Source: Eledone cirrhosa
Lineage: Eukaryota
Assembly: GCA_964016885.1 (NCBI GenBank)
Contig: OZ024745.1
Coordinates: 42,656,001-42,720,000 of the forward strand
Reading direction: 5' to 3'
Length of the DNA stretch: 64,000 bases
Shown here: in pieces, positions 28,821-43,066 of the stretch
How positions within the stretch are numbered: position 1 is the stretch's first letter
Layout: each line of letters starts with the position of its first letter
Position numbers and translations under genes: made by a program
The notes under the pieces: model-generated
What the model saw: only the letters and a program-made list of their open reading frames with translations
Told to the model about the DNA's origin: nothing
Databases searched by the model: none

Positions 28821-29255
28821 AATACCATGTTATGAAATTTGTTTTAACCAACAGTATTGGATCACGTCAGTTACTATAGCAATTCTACTAGAAACATATA
28901 TGGTCTTCCTTTGGAATTGATATCATCAAACTCACGAGATTTCGATTGGGAGCCGAACAGCCGAACCTGTAATCCACGTGCCTTCACACATAGAAACACG
29001 CATACGTATCTACATACACTTACACATATGTCGTACCTATGTGCAAACGTACTTCACAAGAGAATTACAAACGGTTCGCATGCATAGACATGCTTGCATG
29101 TATAAATGTATGTATGTATTTGTATATATGTATATATATACACAAGCATATATATGTGTGTGTGTATGTGCTTGCGCACGTTTGCCCATTTACACACGCA
29201 CTCACACACACACACACACGCACACAGGCACACACACACGCATACACACACACAC

Positions 29256-29315
<60 letters not shown>

Positions 29316-29686
29316 TTGCGTAAGTATTTAAATGACCGGAAACTAGTTTATATTCTATTACTGCATCAATGTCTTGTGCGAAATCAATTCGTTAGAAACT
29401 GTGTTGAAGATTTCAACTCCTCCAACCTTCTCATGAATACTCTACTTTTGACTGATATAATTTGCCAGTGAAAGTCAATGCACGCAGTTTCTTCAACCAA
29501 AATTATCAGTCTATGTTGACTAATTTCTTCTATAGATGCATCAACTAAAATGTCTCTCCCGTAAATTCTTCAATTTGCAAGTTTCATATTGATCCCACTA
29601 TTTTACTATGGAAAACGGTTTGGGGAGCAATTCCCAATAACATTCTAATAAAAGACAACAGAGATATCAGAGTGTTTTATTTTTCT

Positions 29687-29740
<54 letters not shown>

Positions 29741-29830
29741 AAATACCAATGATGGTTGGAAGATCACTGATGAAGGACTAACTTTATTCATATGTAACCC
29801 ATTAGCAACCACGCAGCACGTTTATTCTCA

Positions 29831-30005
<175 letters not shown>

Positions 30006-31293
30006 TTAGTTACTTAGTTGGGCTCTTGACTGCGTTACTTCAGATGAACGATCTACATAATATTAAAAGATTATTTTATAGTTATAAATCATTTTGACCT
30101 TTCTTGAATAATCTAGATCATTTGACCTTACATCTAAGCTTGAAACTTAAGATCCTTTGTTAATCACCCATGGCGTCGCTCGGCCTTTTTTAACGGGTCG
30201 TTAATTATCATCAACTTCGGTCTGTTTGCCTTGTTTTCTAAAACCATACTTCCAAACAAGTTAATCTAAATCAGTCAACAATTGAAGATTTAGTGTAGCG
30301 CTTAAACACGTTAGTTTATTACAAAAAGAGTGCCTCAGTCTTCAGAAAATATTTACTACGCTACTGAAACATTTTTCATAAGTTGAATATTAAAATCATG
30401 TCAGCACAAATAGTCTTTGTGTTCATAGCGAGAAATATAACATAATTGAGGGTATTATATACGATATGAATAATTTTCTTGCAAATTTCAATGAGAAACC
30501 ATTCCCACACATACAAATTGAGAAGACTGTACACAGATTACTGCCACCTTAGCTTGACTTGACTCGATGGAAATTTACTCTTTAAAAAGTTTATTTTATT
30601 CAGAAGATATATATTATCCCCACAACCACCACCGGATTTTCCTGCCTTACAAAACACACACGAAGAACGTTATGGTTTCTATATTAATATTGAAATTATT
30701 CTAAAGAGTCGTTCTTGTTGAATAGCCTTAGCTATAGTACTGGCCGCCACCATCCCTACCTTTTTAATATTAAAGAATAGATTTTTCAATGTGTGTTTTT
30801 TTGCTTGTTTGTTTGTTTTCAAATACTGCAAGCTGTGATTTGAGGGAGATCTGGCTGCTATTTCTGTCAGATCAAAGAACCACATAGCTGCTCCCTCGCT
30901 GGTTCATCTAAATTTGAAATCAATTATTAGAAGTAAATTTTACACTGATCTGTTATGAATCCCATAATTCCTAAAACTTGATTATCGTTGATTAAATAAG
31001 ACCTTTGGTTACCACCCAGTTTCTACGTAAAATAAATCATTCATCTTAAAGATCATGTTGAGACGATACCATAACTATAAGAATGATATGCTAAAATAAT
31101 ATTTCAGGACCAGATACAAATGATTGAAAGGTACTTGTGAACACATTTAACGTACTTGTTATGACATCAATTATCCGTTGACGAAAAAGACTGGATATAA
31201 AATATACTTGTAAAAAGGTTACAGAAGAGAAATTAGATGTATGAATCTCAACGTTCAATATTTTTTCAAAAACATATCTTGTCAAAGACAATA

Positions 31294-31374
31294 CAACATA
31301 TTGACCAGTACAACATATTGACCAGTACAACATATTGACCAGTACAACATATTGACCAGTACAACATATTGACA
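31294..31374. repeat. 17-bp tandem repeat CAACATATTGACCAGTA, about 4.7 copies
   Basis: Read directly from the sequence. Confidence 0.95.
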
Positions 31375-31675
31375 AATATACGAAAAACAACGCACAATTA
31401 AATTACCACTACAAGTTTCTTATGGTGAAGTAAAGTTATATTCGATGGATCTCCGTCGGTTTCGACAACTAGTGTTCCAGATATAGCATTATCGGAACAT
31501 CCTACTCATGAAATTAACATATAAGTGAATTGCAAATACAATTCACCCGATGGGCTTCCAAACAGTTTCCGCCTACCCAACGCGTGAATTGACCCGAGGC
31601 TATGGTAAGTAACACATACCCAAGATGCCACGAAGTGGGATCGAACTCGTGACATTATATATATATATATATATA

Positions 31676-32272
31676 CTAGCAGTGGTACCCGACGTTGCAC
31701 GGGATAAGGTATTTTTGGAACGCGGGCCGCCAACAGACCTAATCGTGGAAAAACTGCATGCTTGGACAATATGTAAAGAAAATAAACCGAATACTCTGAT
31801 GGCTGGATAATCTTTAAGATTTTCCTCGATGAAGCAGGAAAAAATGCAGGTTTTCACTTAATGCGGGTCCTAGGATATCAAGAAAATAATTTTTTTTATG
31901 TGCATAATATGCCTTGAAATTTCGGGAAAATCGGCTAGACAGTAACGCCTCAAAAAAGCCCTAAAAAGCTGAAAAAATGAAGTCTTTCACCTAATGCTAG
32001 CCCTAGGCCATAAAAATGTTGGATTTTCTTTGCTCATGGTATGAAGAAGAGACTGACTAATGCATAGTTACAATTTCAAGGAAATTGGTCTGACGTAACG
32101 CCTCAAAACCTCGAAAAACCCTAAAAACTTTTAAAAACAGTTTTTCACCTAATGCGGGCCCAAGGAAATCAGAAAGTTGAATTTGTATGTGCATAAGACT
32201 CCCTGTAACATAAGTAGTACACATGTAAAGTTTGAAAAATATCGGTTGGGTACTTCTCGAGTTTTAGGGATT

Positions 32273-32336
<64 letters not shown>

Positions 32337-32643
32337 TCCTCAGGGAAGTGACGTAATGCAGACAGCCAGCCAGACATACAGACAGATATTATAAGGGCGC
32401 GACGTTATATGTATGTATCTATCTAAAATGAGAAAGACTAAGAATTATAGTGAGAGATCTCTAAATCGCCTAATGCGGACCCTAGGGCATTGAAACTTTG
32501 AAATTTCTTTTGCTCAGAACACTCCCTGAAACCTAAGTATTACACGTGTAAAGTTTGAAAACAGTCTGTTGTGTGGTTCTCGAGTTTTAGGGATTCAAAC
32601 TCACACACACACAGACAGACATCCTCAGTTTTATATATATAGA
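31676..32643 (-). mobile_element. Non-autonomous Helitron
   Basis: Minus strand starts A|TCTATATATATAAAA, carries (CTGT)/(GT)n, and ends with hairpin CCCGTGCAACGTCGGG then CTAG|T; four internal CCTAATGCGG.CC.AGG-like subrepeats. Confidence 0.85.
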
Positions 32644-32986
32644 TATATACAAAGAATCTCCACATGATGCCTTTGACACTAATAACAACTATGTACACTA
32701 AATGTTCTAAATGACTAGGATTCTAGTTACACGTTTTCGACATTCCTTATGCTCCGATGGTTCCAGACTTCCCTCTGGAAGAAACAATTGTCAGCTTATA
32801 AATGTTCTAAACTAAAATTGGTCGTTTTAACACTTTATATATATATAGCGGCGATGAATTAGCTTTGCGAGGTTTTTTATATGAAATCGTGTGTCGAAAC
32901 AAATATTGTTATACTTGGGGATTATTAATTCTGGCAATATTACACAAATATGACCCTCCCCTAGTATAACAATATATATATATACA

Positions 32987-33828
32987 TTTGCGCTAACAAT
33001 ACAACAGAACAAATACGAATAAATAAGGAAAATATGTTTATTCAAAAATATAGACCAGCATTAAATATGGTTTAATATACATTATGTCATAACATGCTAC
33101 CAATCCAAACAGACGCACACACATAACACCTGCTACTTTAGAAAATAAAAACTAAATAAACCTTAACATACGTTTGCGCTGACAATACAACAGAACAAAT
33201 ACGAATAAGTAAGGAAAATATGTTCATTCAAAAATATTCCTACTAAAGGAATCATTTTCCTACACACACACACACACACAATATATATATATTCTCTTCA
33301 TCTTAACATGCTAACCATACTCCCACACACATAACACCCATACACACCACACACATAACAACCCCCACCCCATACACACACAACTCCCTCCCCCATTTCT
33401 ACTAATAGAATCACTTTCCTACACACATATATACACACACACAAAATGTATATATTCTCTCCATCTTAACATACTCCCCCCCAGACACACACACATAACA
33501 CCCATATACACACACACACAACTCCCTCCCACATTTCTACTAATAGAATCATCTTCCAATACACACACACACACGCACACAAGCACACACACAAGCACAC
33601 AAATAAACATACACATCTTTACTTGTATACTATCTTTTGCTTGTCATAAAATTCTCTAAAAAGGCTACAGAATAGATTTCTAAATAAGGGCGCGAAAATT
33701 TAATGAAAACTTGTTCACGTGACAACCATAATTTCATTTATAACCAATCAAATTACGTTTATTAAAAAAAGCCTTCGTGAGCCCCTTTTTTTAAGTAAAA
33801 AGAAATTCAAACGCACATACACACACAG

Positions 33829-33879
<51 letters not shown>

Positions 33880-34175
33880 GCACACAAATAAACATACATA
33901 TCTTTACTTTCTTTATTCAATAGAAAATCTGAATTCTGACACCCCAGCAAACTAACCATATTCACTGAACCATCCCATTTCTCTTGACCATTATCTTTTG
34001 CTTGTCATAAAATTCTCTAAAAAGGCTACAGAATAGATTTCCAAATAAGAGCGTGAAAATTTAATGAAAACTTGTTCACGTGACAGCAATAATTTCATTT
34101 ATAACCAATCAAATTACGTTAATTAAAAAAAGCCTTCATGAGCCCCCTTTTTTTTAAGTAAAAAGAAATTCAAAA
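32987..34175. repeat. Complex region of dispersed direct duplications (about 65, 110 and 180 bp)
   Basis: 32987-33051 is similar to 33173-33237; ~33250-33420 to ~33410-33560; 33631-33813 to 33992-34173. Confidence 0.8.
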
Positions 34176-35925
34176 ACTCATATATGAAAAAACAACCTGT
34201 GCCCCCCCCCCTCCTGTTTGAAGAACTTTGTAACGCGAACAGGCGCGAAATTTATTATAATTATTGACCAACCAATCAAATTACTTCTCTAAAAACCTGG
34301 CATTTCGAGCCACTTTTTTCCATATAAAACAAGTAACATTCAGAGACCAACCAGGTGTGAGAAAAACCACAGACCCTCCATCTCAACTCACCTTTTGAAA
34401 AGCAGAAGAACTGCGAATCCGGTAAGGGAACCAAATAAATATATATATTTTTTTTTAAATAAGACTCCAGTTGCATTTTCAATTTCATCTTTTTTTCTTT
34501 ATATATATATATATAGTGTGTGTGTGTCCCAAAAATATATACACACTTTAATTACCCGTACAGGCAATATTTATTAGAATGCTGTTGAAGTGTATATATA
34601 TATGTGTGTGTGTGAGTATGAGTGCGTGCGTGTGTGTATGTGTGTGCGCGTGTGAACAGCCTGATGAAGCAACCAAGCTAAAACCTCAAAGCCACTGCCA
34701 TCTTTTTACTCAGAAAGTAAAACTTACACTCTACCTATAAGTATTGAGTGCTCATTAAGTTAATATTTTAATATGTACTTTGTGTGTTTGTGTGTGTGTG
34801 TCTTTGTATGCGTATCTTTGTGTGTATTAAAATGTGTTTATATATATATGTCTGTCTGTGTGTATGTGAGTGTATGTGTTGTGTGTGTATATTAAAATGG
34901 GTGTTTAGACATGTCTCTCTATGTGTATGTGTGGATATGTATGTGTGTGTTGTGTGTGTGTTAGTGTATGTTGTGTGTGTGTTAGTGTATGTTTTCTCTG
35001 TGTGTGTGTGTGTATGTGTGTGTGATAAATGAAGTTATGAAGCTTATACCTTTTCTGTTATTTTTCCCTAGCAATATCGGTCAAGGAAAAGTGTTCAGTG
35101 CCTGGTGCTGTGTAGTGAGATTTGCGCTAAAATATTGCATCCTAAATCAAACAAACCCTAAGGGTTATCAAGAGCGGCGTCTTTTGAGTTCCTCATACTC
35201 ACTACTGTATATTCTAATCAGCTGGGAACAGCGGCTTTCTGTCTACTGTTTGTTGCAGCCTCGTAAATATCAGAGACAGCATGTTTTCCGGATATCGTTC
35301 AAGTGTTACTGTAGTAAAACAAATGTCAATTTTGGCAAGGATACACAAAGAACCCACTTCGCCCAGAAATTGACTTTGAAAATAACATCTCATGTCTGTT
35401 AGAGAAAGAAAAATGTAAAATAAGATAGAAAAATGAAAACAAAAATGAGGAAATATTCTTTAACAGATGATTTTCTTTCATTCCTTTCGGCCCATCAAAG
35501 GGTAATTATTAGAAATATTGGAAACAAAGGAATATTTATAGAAAGGCTTGGCAGAGGAAATGTATTTTTTATGACGTTGATTAACAATTTGAAGAAAACA
35601 TATTCACTATATTTAGAGAAGAGTTAAGTTTGGCACTATATTTAAAATACAATTTTAAACTCAACTCCATTTTAGTTAATATTAACACTTTAGCGCAGTT
35701 GAATGGTTAAGATTTTCATTCATAATCATTAGTCCCCGGTTCGACCTCATTGCGTGGCATTTTTGGAAAGTGTCATTTACAATAGCCAGGAGTCAACCCA
35801 TGTTTGGAAGCCTGTAATACAAGTGGACTGCACTTATAATTCAAACGGCCAACCTTGTCATGCTCTTTAAATCTCCTTGGAAATTTTAGGAGCATGCCGT
35901 TACGTTATTATTATTAATATCATTA

Positions 35926-36325
35926 ATGGTGGATTGGCAGGGTCGGTAGAGGGTCGGACGCCATGATTTGTTATGGTCCTTGCCATTCTCAGTTCAATCC
36001 CGCCGAGGTTAACTTTACCTTTAATCCTTACGGGGTCGATAAAATAAAGTACCAGTAATGTACTGGGTAATTGCTGGCCTTGAGCCAAAAGTAGAAACAA
36101 TTATTATTAATATCATTAGTATTATTATTAAAGGCGGTGGATTGGCAGTATCGGTAGAGGGTCGGATGTCATGCTTTGACGCATAGAGTTACGGCCTTTG
36201 CCATTCTGAGTTCAAATCCCGCCGAGGTCAACTTTGCCTTTCATCCTTACGGGGTCGATAAAATAAAGTACCAGTAATTCACTGAGTAATTGCTGGCCTT
36301 GTACCAAAAGTAGAAACAATTATTA
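35926..36325 (+). mobile_element. Two tandem tRNA-derived SINE copies
   Basis: GGTGGATTGGCAG...GTAGAAACAATTATT at ~35928-36105 and ~36136-36325. Confidence 0.9.
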
Positions 36326-36779
36326 TTATTACTAGCAGAAAACCACCCTTCGGGTGGTTTTCTGCTAGTATGTGTAGTGTGTATATTGATATTATACGCA
36401 AGTATATATACATGTAGATATGATACATCAAATAAAATCGCAATTGACAATATACACAGAAATTGTCTTATGTAATCAGTAACGTAATCCATGATACATT
36501 AAAAAAAGACGATATTATATATAAACTGCATTAGGAGAAAATTAGTGACAGAAAATTAGTATGTTTATTTAAATGATCGCCACCGGAAGTGTTGACATCA
36601 CACACTCTCTCTTTCTATATATATGGTAGTTGAAGTGGTGGTGGTGGCAACGATATACCGGAAATGCAACTTTGAAAAGAAGTCAATTTTAAATTATTTA
36701 TTTTTACGAAATTATTTTTGTTTACGAAATTTAGTAGATGATCTATGTAATATTCATTCATTATTTATTCAACGCACAG

Positions 36780-37120
36780 GGTGGTGGATTGGCAGTATCG
36801 GTAGAGGGTCGGACGCCATGCTTTCCAGCATAGTTACGTCCCTTTACGATCTGAGTTCAAATCCCGCCGAGGTTGACTTTGCCTTTCATCCTTACGGGGT
36901 CGATAAAATAAAGTACCAGTAATGCACTGGAAATTGCTGGCCTTGTGCCTAAAGTAGAAACAATTATTTATTCAACGCATAGAGTTACGGCCCTTGCCAT
37001 TCTGAGTTCAAATCCCGCCGAGGTTAACTTTGCCTTTCATCCTTACGGGGTCGATAAAATAAAGTACCAGTAATCTACTGAGTAATTGCTGGCCTTGTGC
37101 CAAAAGTAGAAACGATTATT
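36780..37120 (+). mobile_element. SINE followed by a 5'-truncated SINE
   Basis: Full copy 36783-36966 and partial copy 36975-37118; TTATTCAA(CGCA) occurs before, between and after the copies. Confidence 0.9.
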
Positions 37121-37248
37121 TATTCAAAGTAATCCAACTTATTTTACTAACGGGATTAAAAAAAAAAAAACCGTACGCAGTCCCGCAGACCTTCCTGTAT
37201 TATAGTTTAGATTAATATCATTGTTATTGTTGTCGCTTTAACAACATC

Positions 37249-37282
<34 letters not shown>

Positions 37283-37283
37283 C

Positions 37284-37316
<33 letters not shown>

Positions 37317-37560
37317 TAGTTGTAGAGTATGTACATAGGTATGAACATTTTCTTGAATCTAATAAAGTCAAATTTTGCTCCAGTATTGATGATACATGTA
37401 TATATATATATATATGTGCCTGTGTGTGAGTGAGTGAGTGTGTGTGTATGTGTGTGTGTATGTATGATATGCATAGATATGTATATATTTATATATATAT
37501 ATATATAACATAAATATATATATGTGTCTGTATGTTAGCGTATCTTTCTCTCTCTATTTC

Positions 37561-37594
<34 letters not shown>

Positions 37595-37622
37595 GATATA
37601 TATGTGTGTGTGTGTGTGTATG

Positions 37623-37653
<31 letters not shown>

Positions 37654-38454
37654 GTGTATGCATAGATATGTATATATTTATGTATATATATATATATATA
37701 CATATCTATGCATATATATATATATATATATATGTATGTGTATGCATAGATATGTATGTATTTATATATATATATATATAACATAAATATATGTATGTGT
37801 GTCTGTATGTTAGCGTATCTTTCTCTCTCTATTTATATATGTATATGTGTGTGTGTATGTATGTATATATGGATATATATGTGTGTGTCTGTGTGTCTGT
37901 GTGTATGCAGAATAAATAGCATAAATGTCTCTGTATTTCCAGAGAATTTCAGTGATAAATAAATCAATAATCCTTTAACTAACACGTTCCTAGTTTGTTT
38001 TTAATTTTCGATATTTTATGAATAATTTTTTTAAATAAAAAAACTACACACTTCTATATTTATTTCAGTACGTTCATAGAAATATTCAAGAGTCAGCGCT
38101 TATTTCCCATTTCAAATTTTCTCATTGCCACAATGTCTTACAAAAACCTATGTTATTTTATGATAGAAAATTCTTTGTTTGTTTTTAAGCATTTTTAAGA
38201 TGAAGGATATTTTTGTTTATGTCTCACACTACCGCACACCACCCGCTTCGTATATAAAGATATATACGTTTAAACGTCTCCTATATATAATTGTTTAACG
38301 TTCAGTTAACCTAGCCTCCTCTTCCTATCACCATTATGACGAGGCTCATATGATAAGCATGCTATGGATACCGACAATGCTTTTCTTCCGCTCACACTGC
38401 TTCACACATACCCTTCTCACTTTCATCAGGACCCCCTCTCTCTCTTTCTCTCTC

Positions 38455-38500
<46 letters not shown>

Positions 38501-38642
38501 TGTGTGTGTGTGTATCTTTGTGTGTGTACGTGTGAATATGTCTAAATATGCATTTATATGTATATATATATAAAGATTCACACCAATACACACACACACG
38601 CACACACACATATGTATATATATTTATATATATGTGTGTGTA

Positions 38643-38733
<91 letters not shown>

Positions 38734-39605
38734 GTGTGTGTGTTTATTTATATATGCATGCGTGTTCACGTATACACATACAAGCGTACATACATACATA
38801 CATACATACATACATACATGCATGCATACATACATACATACATACATACATACATACATACATACATACATACATACATACATACATACATACATAATAT
38901 GATCATCTTGGTTTCTGGAAGTTCGAGTAATCTGTTGTCCTTAACAAATAGTTTGAGGTTCACTGGCGTGAAATAAGTTATCTATCTTTGATTAAGGAAG
39001 TAACATTCACATGAACGCAGCATAATGCTTTATGACTTTCTAGCTGAGACAAAAACAATCGTCCTGGATGCCTAGATGGCAAATGTTCCTAGAATATTCT
39101 CTATTGAATACAGTTTCTGTCAGCAACCATAATACAGTTTTATAGTTTAAGACCATATTGGCGGCCTCGTTTAGCCATATTAATCTCCATAAATCCTTTA
39201 ATCATACGTAATATTTTCAGTGGTATTCGTTGCAAGAATTCATGGATACTTTAGTGTAGACATGCTATTGTTATTTTATGAGGAAAAGCCAAATTTCACC
39301 TCCTGTACACCAATCTCACACTTCTTTTGCTCCTGCTACTAAGATATGCGAAGATATTGTTGTAAGTTAGCTCAGGGTTCTTTGTGAGATATTCATTGAT
39401 TCTGGCTTTTGTTTTATATTTAAATTATATCCTGTTTTCTTATTTTATTATTGTTGAACTTCACTGTTTTTCTTTTTCTTTTCGATATTTTTTTTTATGG
39501 GGTGGGGATATTTTTATTTTTATCTTAAGTTCATATCTTATTTATCAAATTCTGATTTGAAAAATACTGTAAGCGTAGGGTTACTGGAACCAAAACTTAC
39601 AAATG

Positions 39606-39639
<34 letters not shown>

Positions 39640-40311
39640 CATATTAAGAGTAGCAGTAACATAGTGTAACTTATAATAGAGGTGAATATGAAGGTATACG
39701 CGATATATTTATGTATAATAAACACGCAAGAATCTCGGTCTGAAGGGTTAAATCTGTGATCATGTCTCAGTAGTCATGGGAGAACGTCTTCTCAGTACTG
39801 AGACAAGAATAAGCTATAGCTTATTTGTTTATTGTGTATGACACATCGACTGGAGATGTTCATTGGCATACAGTGCGAACCTTTATATATATCTATGTAT
39901 ACACAGAAACACACACATATATGTGTGTGGGGAGTGGGGAGTTTATGAAATTACTTTAAATACAGCATCTTCACAACAGCTGTTTGGTTGCATGCAGGTT
40001 GCTCTTTACTTTTTAGATTAGAAGAGCCAACAGTATGTTAATTTCAGGTGAGATACTATATTTGAAAAAACTGTCTCCGCGTGATAGCGTAACTCAGAGA
40101 AAAGTGGAATGAGGAGTGAAAAAGTGAAAAAAATCAATGAGAAGAGAAATTGAAGAAGAACGTAAGAAGGTGATAAATGACAGGGTGGATCAGGAGATCT
40201 AATTAATTAAGATTGTAGAATGCTTATACCCAACTTTTACACTTAATTCGCGCGAGCATGTATGTGCAAACACACGTGCACAGATCTAGAGATATATATC
40301 TGATGTCGGTC

Positions 40312-40470
40312 AATCTCCATTTGTGATAGACGAGCTTGGTGTTGTATCTCTTGAGCGGCTATTTGAAAGTTGATCCGAGGTTTAGAAAGCGGTATTTAAT
40401 CCTGCCTTCCGACACTTCCGCATAGGTTTTATTCACGAATGGGACGTCCACTTGATAGAAGAACTGAATG
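40312..40470 (-). pseudogene. Decayed PLE GIY-YIG endonuclease fragment
   Basis: Minus translation FFYQVDVPFVNKTYAEVSEGRIKYRFLNLGSTFK*PLKRYNTKLVYHKWRL fits the IYx(n)-TYIG.T...FK.R..NH..SF......T.LS..IW.L pattern of PLE GIY-YIG domains. Confidence 0.6.
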
Positions 40471-40822
40471 TTCATCATCGAAACCGACGCGGATCTATCA
40501 CCATTAATAGATGATGATATGATTTCCCTTCGTCCTTCACAAATTTATTTCCAATTAATTAAAATCTCTACCCGTTCCGCATCTAGAGCATTTCCACAAA
40601 CATATCCGTGTGTTCTTTATAAAACCGATAAAAATTAGCCGGATGTTAACAGACAATTAAAATTAATTAAAATTAACCAAGCGTCGTCAACTGTCAACGA
40701 TAGATTGGTCTAATGGTATTAATGAAATATGATAAATGTAATAGTATCGTAGGTAGAAAGAGGAAAAGAAGAGTAGAGGTAGGTTTTACAGTGCTTGTAT
40801 ATATGTATTTGTGTGTGTGAGC

Positions 40823-40906
<84 letters not shown>

Positions 40907-41439
40907 GTGTGCTTGTGTGTGTTTGTGTGTGTAAGCAGCGAGGGTCCACATGAAGGTAAAAAGAAAACCGTGCTAGATATATTAAAAAAAAGAGTTAATT
41001 ATCATGAATTTGAAACATTATAACGCTACCTTAGGTTTCAAGGTTAGGTACAGAATGTCATTACCGATGTTAACGCTAGGTTAGAATGTATTTGCAGATG
41101 TAATATTTGCCTCTCTACGGGCGTGAGAAACAATATATCTGAACGGGATTTCGAGATGAAATCCCGTGAGACGAGAGAACGTAAACAGAAAAGTTCCTTT
41201 TTATTATTTTAGTTAGTCAAAAGGGGACACCTCTTGCGAAGCCTTATAATTTAACGGTCAATGTACGTTATAATATAAGGGCAAAGTGAAGATGAAATGA
41301 TTTGGTATTAGTGGGCGTTGTGAGGGTGCATATATATGCTAATGTTGATGAGTATATCATAACTGTCGTTAATGTAGCGTAAAGTGTGGAGGGAGAAAGA
41401 TAATAGGAAGAAAGAGAATTCTGCCTGTAGAGACTTTGT

Positions 41440-41790
41440 ATCCGGGCACTGGTTTTCCCATGATGAAAGTAAGAACTTCTTGAGGTCTAATAGACCTCGC
41501 TTTTGACGTTCAGGTATTTGTTTGATGATTTCATACCTGTAGAATCCCGTATTTCTCGCTTGTGCAAAGGCACATCTCTTTAAATTGTTTATATATGCTG
41601 GAATTGCCCAAAATTCTCCATCTTATTGTATTTAGGGCTACTTCTGTCTTCCAAATGCAAGACTTACTTTGCAAGGTCCGTAGGGATCTTCATCTCAGGG
41701 TGTCTAAAGGACAAGACATTTGAGTAGAACCCTTGTTTGAATCTGTCTTGCACCATACCCATATCTCTTTCACTACTCACTGCTTCGTTG
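41440..41790 (-). pseudogene. Decayed PLE GIY-YIG endonuclease C-terminal fragment
   Basis: Minus translation DMGMVQDRFKQGFYSNVLSFRHPEMKIPTDLAK*VLHLED, then with frameshifts RWRILGNSSIY..MCLCTSEKYGIL and LNVKSEV. Confidence 0.7.
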
Positions 41791-41842
41791 GTGTTAACAG
41801 GTGTAAGTTGTGCATTATATACTATGGACTTAATATTACAAC

Positions 41843-41935
<93 letters not shown>

Positions 41936-42064
41936 TAAAATAACAGATTAAAGTTTAAGCAAAGAATCGCTGCTTTCACCCTTAACGGGATCTTATATAT
42001 TTGATATATATTTATCCTTATCGAGCCCTCTTTGGATTTTAGTCTTCAAATTTATTATTATTGC

Positions 42065-42211
<147 letters not shown>

Positions 42212-42387
42212 TCTTTTTAGCTTCCCGTCTCCACGTAAAATTTGTAAATCAGTGGCTAGTTGAGAGATAAAGTCCTATCAGTTGCCAGTTGCTAATCGCT
42301 TTACCGTGTCGGTTGTCACAAACAGTCATGACCGGCATGGGCTGGTGTTTGGATTCTGTTGATCGATTGGTTATTGATTAGGCGATA

Positions 42388-42497
42388 CCCGCTGATGAAG
42401 CCGCATAAGCCGATTGTGCATTGTTACATAAAATATGCAGACAGATGGTGCAATGCACCTTACTGCTGCATTAGTGCGGCAGAAACTCGAGTCCGGG
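42388..42497 (+). ncRNA. Type I hammerhead ribozyme with extended stem II, inside (TA)n-embedded insert 42209-42645
   Basis: CCCG-CTGATGA-A[GCCGCA...TGCGGC]A-GAAA-CTCGAG-TC-CGGG; GUC triplet, palindromic stem III. Confidence 0.8.
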
Positions 42498-42662
42498 GAC
42501 CTTATAGGCACCCGTTTTATGTGTGTTGTGTTGAGGCAAATAACTATGTGTATACTCTGGTAATGTATCTTACATTGCCCATTGAGTGCGCTGAGATACA
42601 ACCGGTACTGGCATTGATGAATATGCTGGGTCCGTCAACCCTTATTATATATATATATATAT

Positions 42663-43066
42663 AATTGTTTCTACTATTGGCACAAGGCCAGCAATTACTC
42701 AGTACATTACTGGTACTTTATTTTATCGACCCCGTAAGGATGAAAGGCAAAGTTAACCTCGGCGAGATTTGAACACAGAATGGCAAGGGCCGTAACTCTA
42801 TGCGTCAAAGCATGGTGTCCGACACTCTACCGATATTGCCAATTATATATATATATATATATATAATGTAAGTGGCTAAACTTCTTCAGCGGTAGCAGTT
42901 ACTCACGGAGGCTCTGCAAAACAATACTACTACAAAAAGATAATATCTACTGATGAAGTCTGGTGACGTCAGGATGAAAGGCAAAGCTAAACTCGGCGGG
43001 ATTTGAAATCAGAACGTAAAGGACCGTAACTCTCTGCCGCAAAGCATTTTACCCTACGTTCTACCA
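42663..43066 (-). mobile_element. Two tRNA-derived SINE copies (42663-42842 and 42971-43066)
   Basis: Reverse complements of the main SINE sequence. Confidence 0.85.

Noticed and set aside
40474-40523. Permuted (type II-like) hammerhead: ATCATC-GAAA-CCG-acg-CGG-AT-CTAT...ATAG-ATGATGA-TATGAT
   Set aside because: Two invariant core positions (C3 and U16.1) are wrong, and it abuts a decayed endonuclease coding fragment; it may be chance.
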